NCBI GenBank assembly: GCA_050084515.1
Contig: CM114271.1
Span: forward strand, 2,170,001 to 2,234,000
Reading direction: 5' to 3'
Source: Blasia pusilla
Taxonomy: Eukaryota
Length of the DNA: 64,000 nucleotides
Positions 62,001 through 64,000 of this stretch are shown here, piece after piece (the stretch's first letter is position 1; each line of letters opens with the position of its first letter). The notes under the pieces are model-generated. The model saw only the letters and a list, made by a program, of their open reading frames with translations. It was not told the origin of the DNA and did not search any database. A program made the translations under genes and the position numbers.

Positions 62001-64000
62001 TTGGACCACAAGATGGATGGATTTCTCAAGTCTTCGAAAGTGTGGGGTGATAAATAACATCAATACCTTTCCAGATTCGTTCTCTCTCCTCCTCGTCACT
62101 TCTCGAATGATCATATTTTGTGGTTGGTCCTCCTAATTTGGGTGCATGTATTTCACGCCAATTGTTTTTATTTTTGTTTTTATTCTTGTGCTTTTCTTGC
62201 CTCACGTGTGCATTGGTGAGTTTTGGCCATTTTCTTTATCGTTAGTTGGATTATGTAAAGGAGAACAACGAAAAGAGTAGTAGTAGTAATTATTATGATC
62301 ACCATTATTATAATGATATTGTGTGTGTTATAATAATAACATGATGAGGCTTTTGCCTTGTTGGATTCTTCCATTTCTTTATGACCAATCATGGATGGCT
62401 TGGGCGTTTGTCCTTGCCATGTCTTGGAGTGTAGGGAAGTACACTAGGACAATCCTTGCATCCACGTTGGGGTAGTGACCATATCACTTTGATGATGATG
62501 TAAAAATTTCGTTTGGTGAAATGATTAGTGTGCACCTTGAAGAATCCCTCTAGTAAAAGTGATACAATCAGCCCCATGCATTTGGATTTAGTGGATTGGG
62601 GGGTAAAGTGTGGTTAGGGGAGTTTCCTCTTCTTTTTCTTTTTCTTTTTTCTTTCTTTCTTTCTCATGCAGATTGCGTTGTGGTGATGTAGTCGATTTTC
62701 ATGCCCTTTTGTTGTTGGATAGAAGCTGAATTGGGCCAATCTTCTTGGTGATGTTGTCCATATTTGATAGATAGGCATGGAGAGTGGTGCAAAATATTTG
62801 ATAGATATGCATGAAGATTCCAACTGAATTCCAATGTTAACATTTCCAAAAAAGAAATCTTGCCCACCATTGCAAAATTGACTACACCTCTCCTACAAAG
62901 ACACATGTTCTCCATTCACCCTAGAGAAAAATCAAGAATACATTATCTTAATATAATAGATGTTGGTTGCCTTTACAATTCAACACATGCTAATGCTACT
63001 AAAGATGATTCTCTTAACATCCCTAAAAGGTGAACTAAAAGATGTTATTTTGGGAGGACGAAATTGAAGTTTACTACTTGTCCAAAATGATTTTTGGAAA
63101 CTACTTGAGTGTTTAAGTTGAATCAATATAATATTATGAATGTATGGGCTCGGCATGTTCATGAGTACAATCCTTCAAACTCGATTATTTTATGGTTAAA
63201 TTTCATATATCTTGATCATATATAACAAAATTTTTTGAGCATCCAAGCATTTCGAGTTCTTTAATAATTAGGGGTGAATAATGATTTTGGATCTTTGAAT
63301 CTTGTTTCTTTCTTGTTGGATGAGTTCTCCCATCTCAATTTTGTGCTATCATTTCTCTTCCATTTCACTCCGCCATCATACTCTTCCCCTATCCTTTATA
63401 CCAAAGTCCCAAGAAACATTCCAAAAGGAAAGTGAATTTGACTTAACGATTAGGAGAAGCGAGATTTTAACTCCGACATTCTCATATGGAGAAAAAAGTT
63501 CATCATATGAAAATGAACCTTTGGGATTAGAAACCCCAAAAACACAAGAACAAGAATTAAAAACAAGAAGTAGTAAAAGTTTAACCCCCACATTCTCCCC
63601 CACCCAAGAAAGTTTCTTGCTTGAGGTTCCACCTTTGGCTTAAAAACCAAAACAATGGAGGGCAAAAAAAAGACTAACAAACACTAAATTAGAAGAAGTA
63701 AGATCTTAACTAACCCCCTCCCCCATATTCTCCCCTTAAGGAGGTTGCTTACTTGAGCTTTAACCTTATGGTTTAGAAGCCGAAAATAGAAATTTAAACT
63801 AATAAATAATAAATGAAAAGAAGTGAGATTTTAACTCCCACATTCTCCCTCACCGAAAGAAGTGTCGTACGTGACGTTTAACCCTTTGGGTTAGAGAGCG
63901 TAATGAGCAAATTTATTTTATTTATATATATATAGTCGCGCCTCCACTGCTGTTTGCCGTTTTGGGTGGCGTTCCCCAAACAGAAAGATTCCTGGGAAGA

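Noticed and set aside
63460-63860. Degenerate ~120-bp repeat (ttaac(t/c)cc..cattctc)
   Set aside because: Real but weak, near the window edge, and with no element boundaries.

Overview
This is eukaryotic land-plant DNA; a non-flowering lineage is my inference from the TE repertoire. Two host genes bracket the window: the last exons of the 26S proteasome AAA-ATPase RPT6 (1-869, +) and a 3-exon DUF23/GT92-family glycosyltransferase (56278-59044, -). Between them lies a TE-dense island. It holds three copies of a CRE-like restriction-endonuclease (RLE) non-LTR retrotransposon, a Ty1/Copia element, Helitron 3' ends, a Tourist MITE, a 47-bp TA-flanked micro-MITE and several repeat arrays. The most notable object is a 19.4-kb hAT transposon (31543-50917), about 13.1 kb once a nested chromoviral Gypsy is removed. 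It is defined by TIRs and an exact 8-bp TSD that splits a CRE copy. Besides its transposase it carries a ~180-bp tandem array and two compact, apparently intronless cargo genes in tandem: an atypical protein kinase and a coiled-coil/RING-like protein. All TE ORFs here are decayed.
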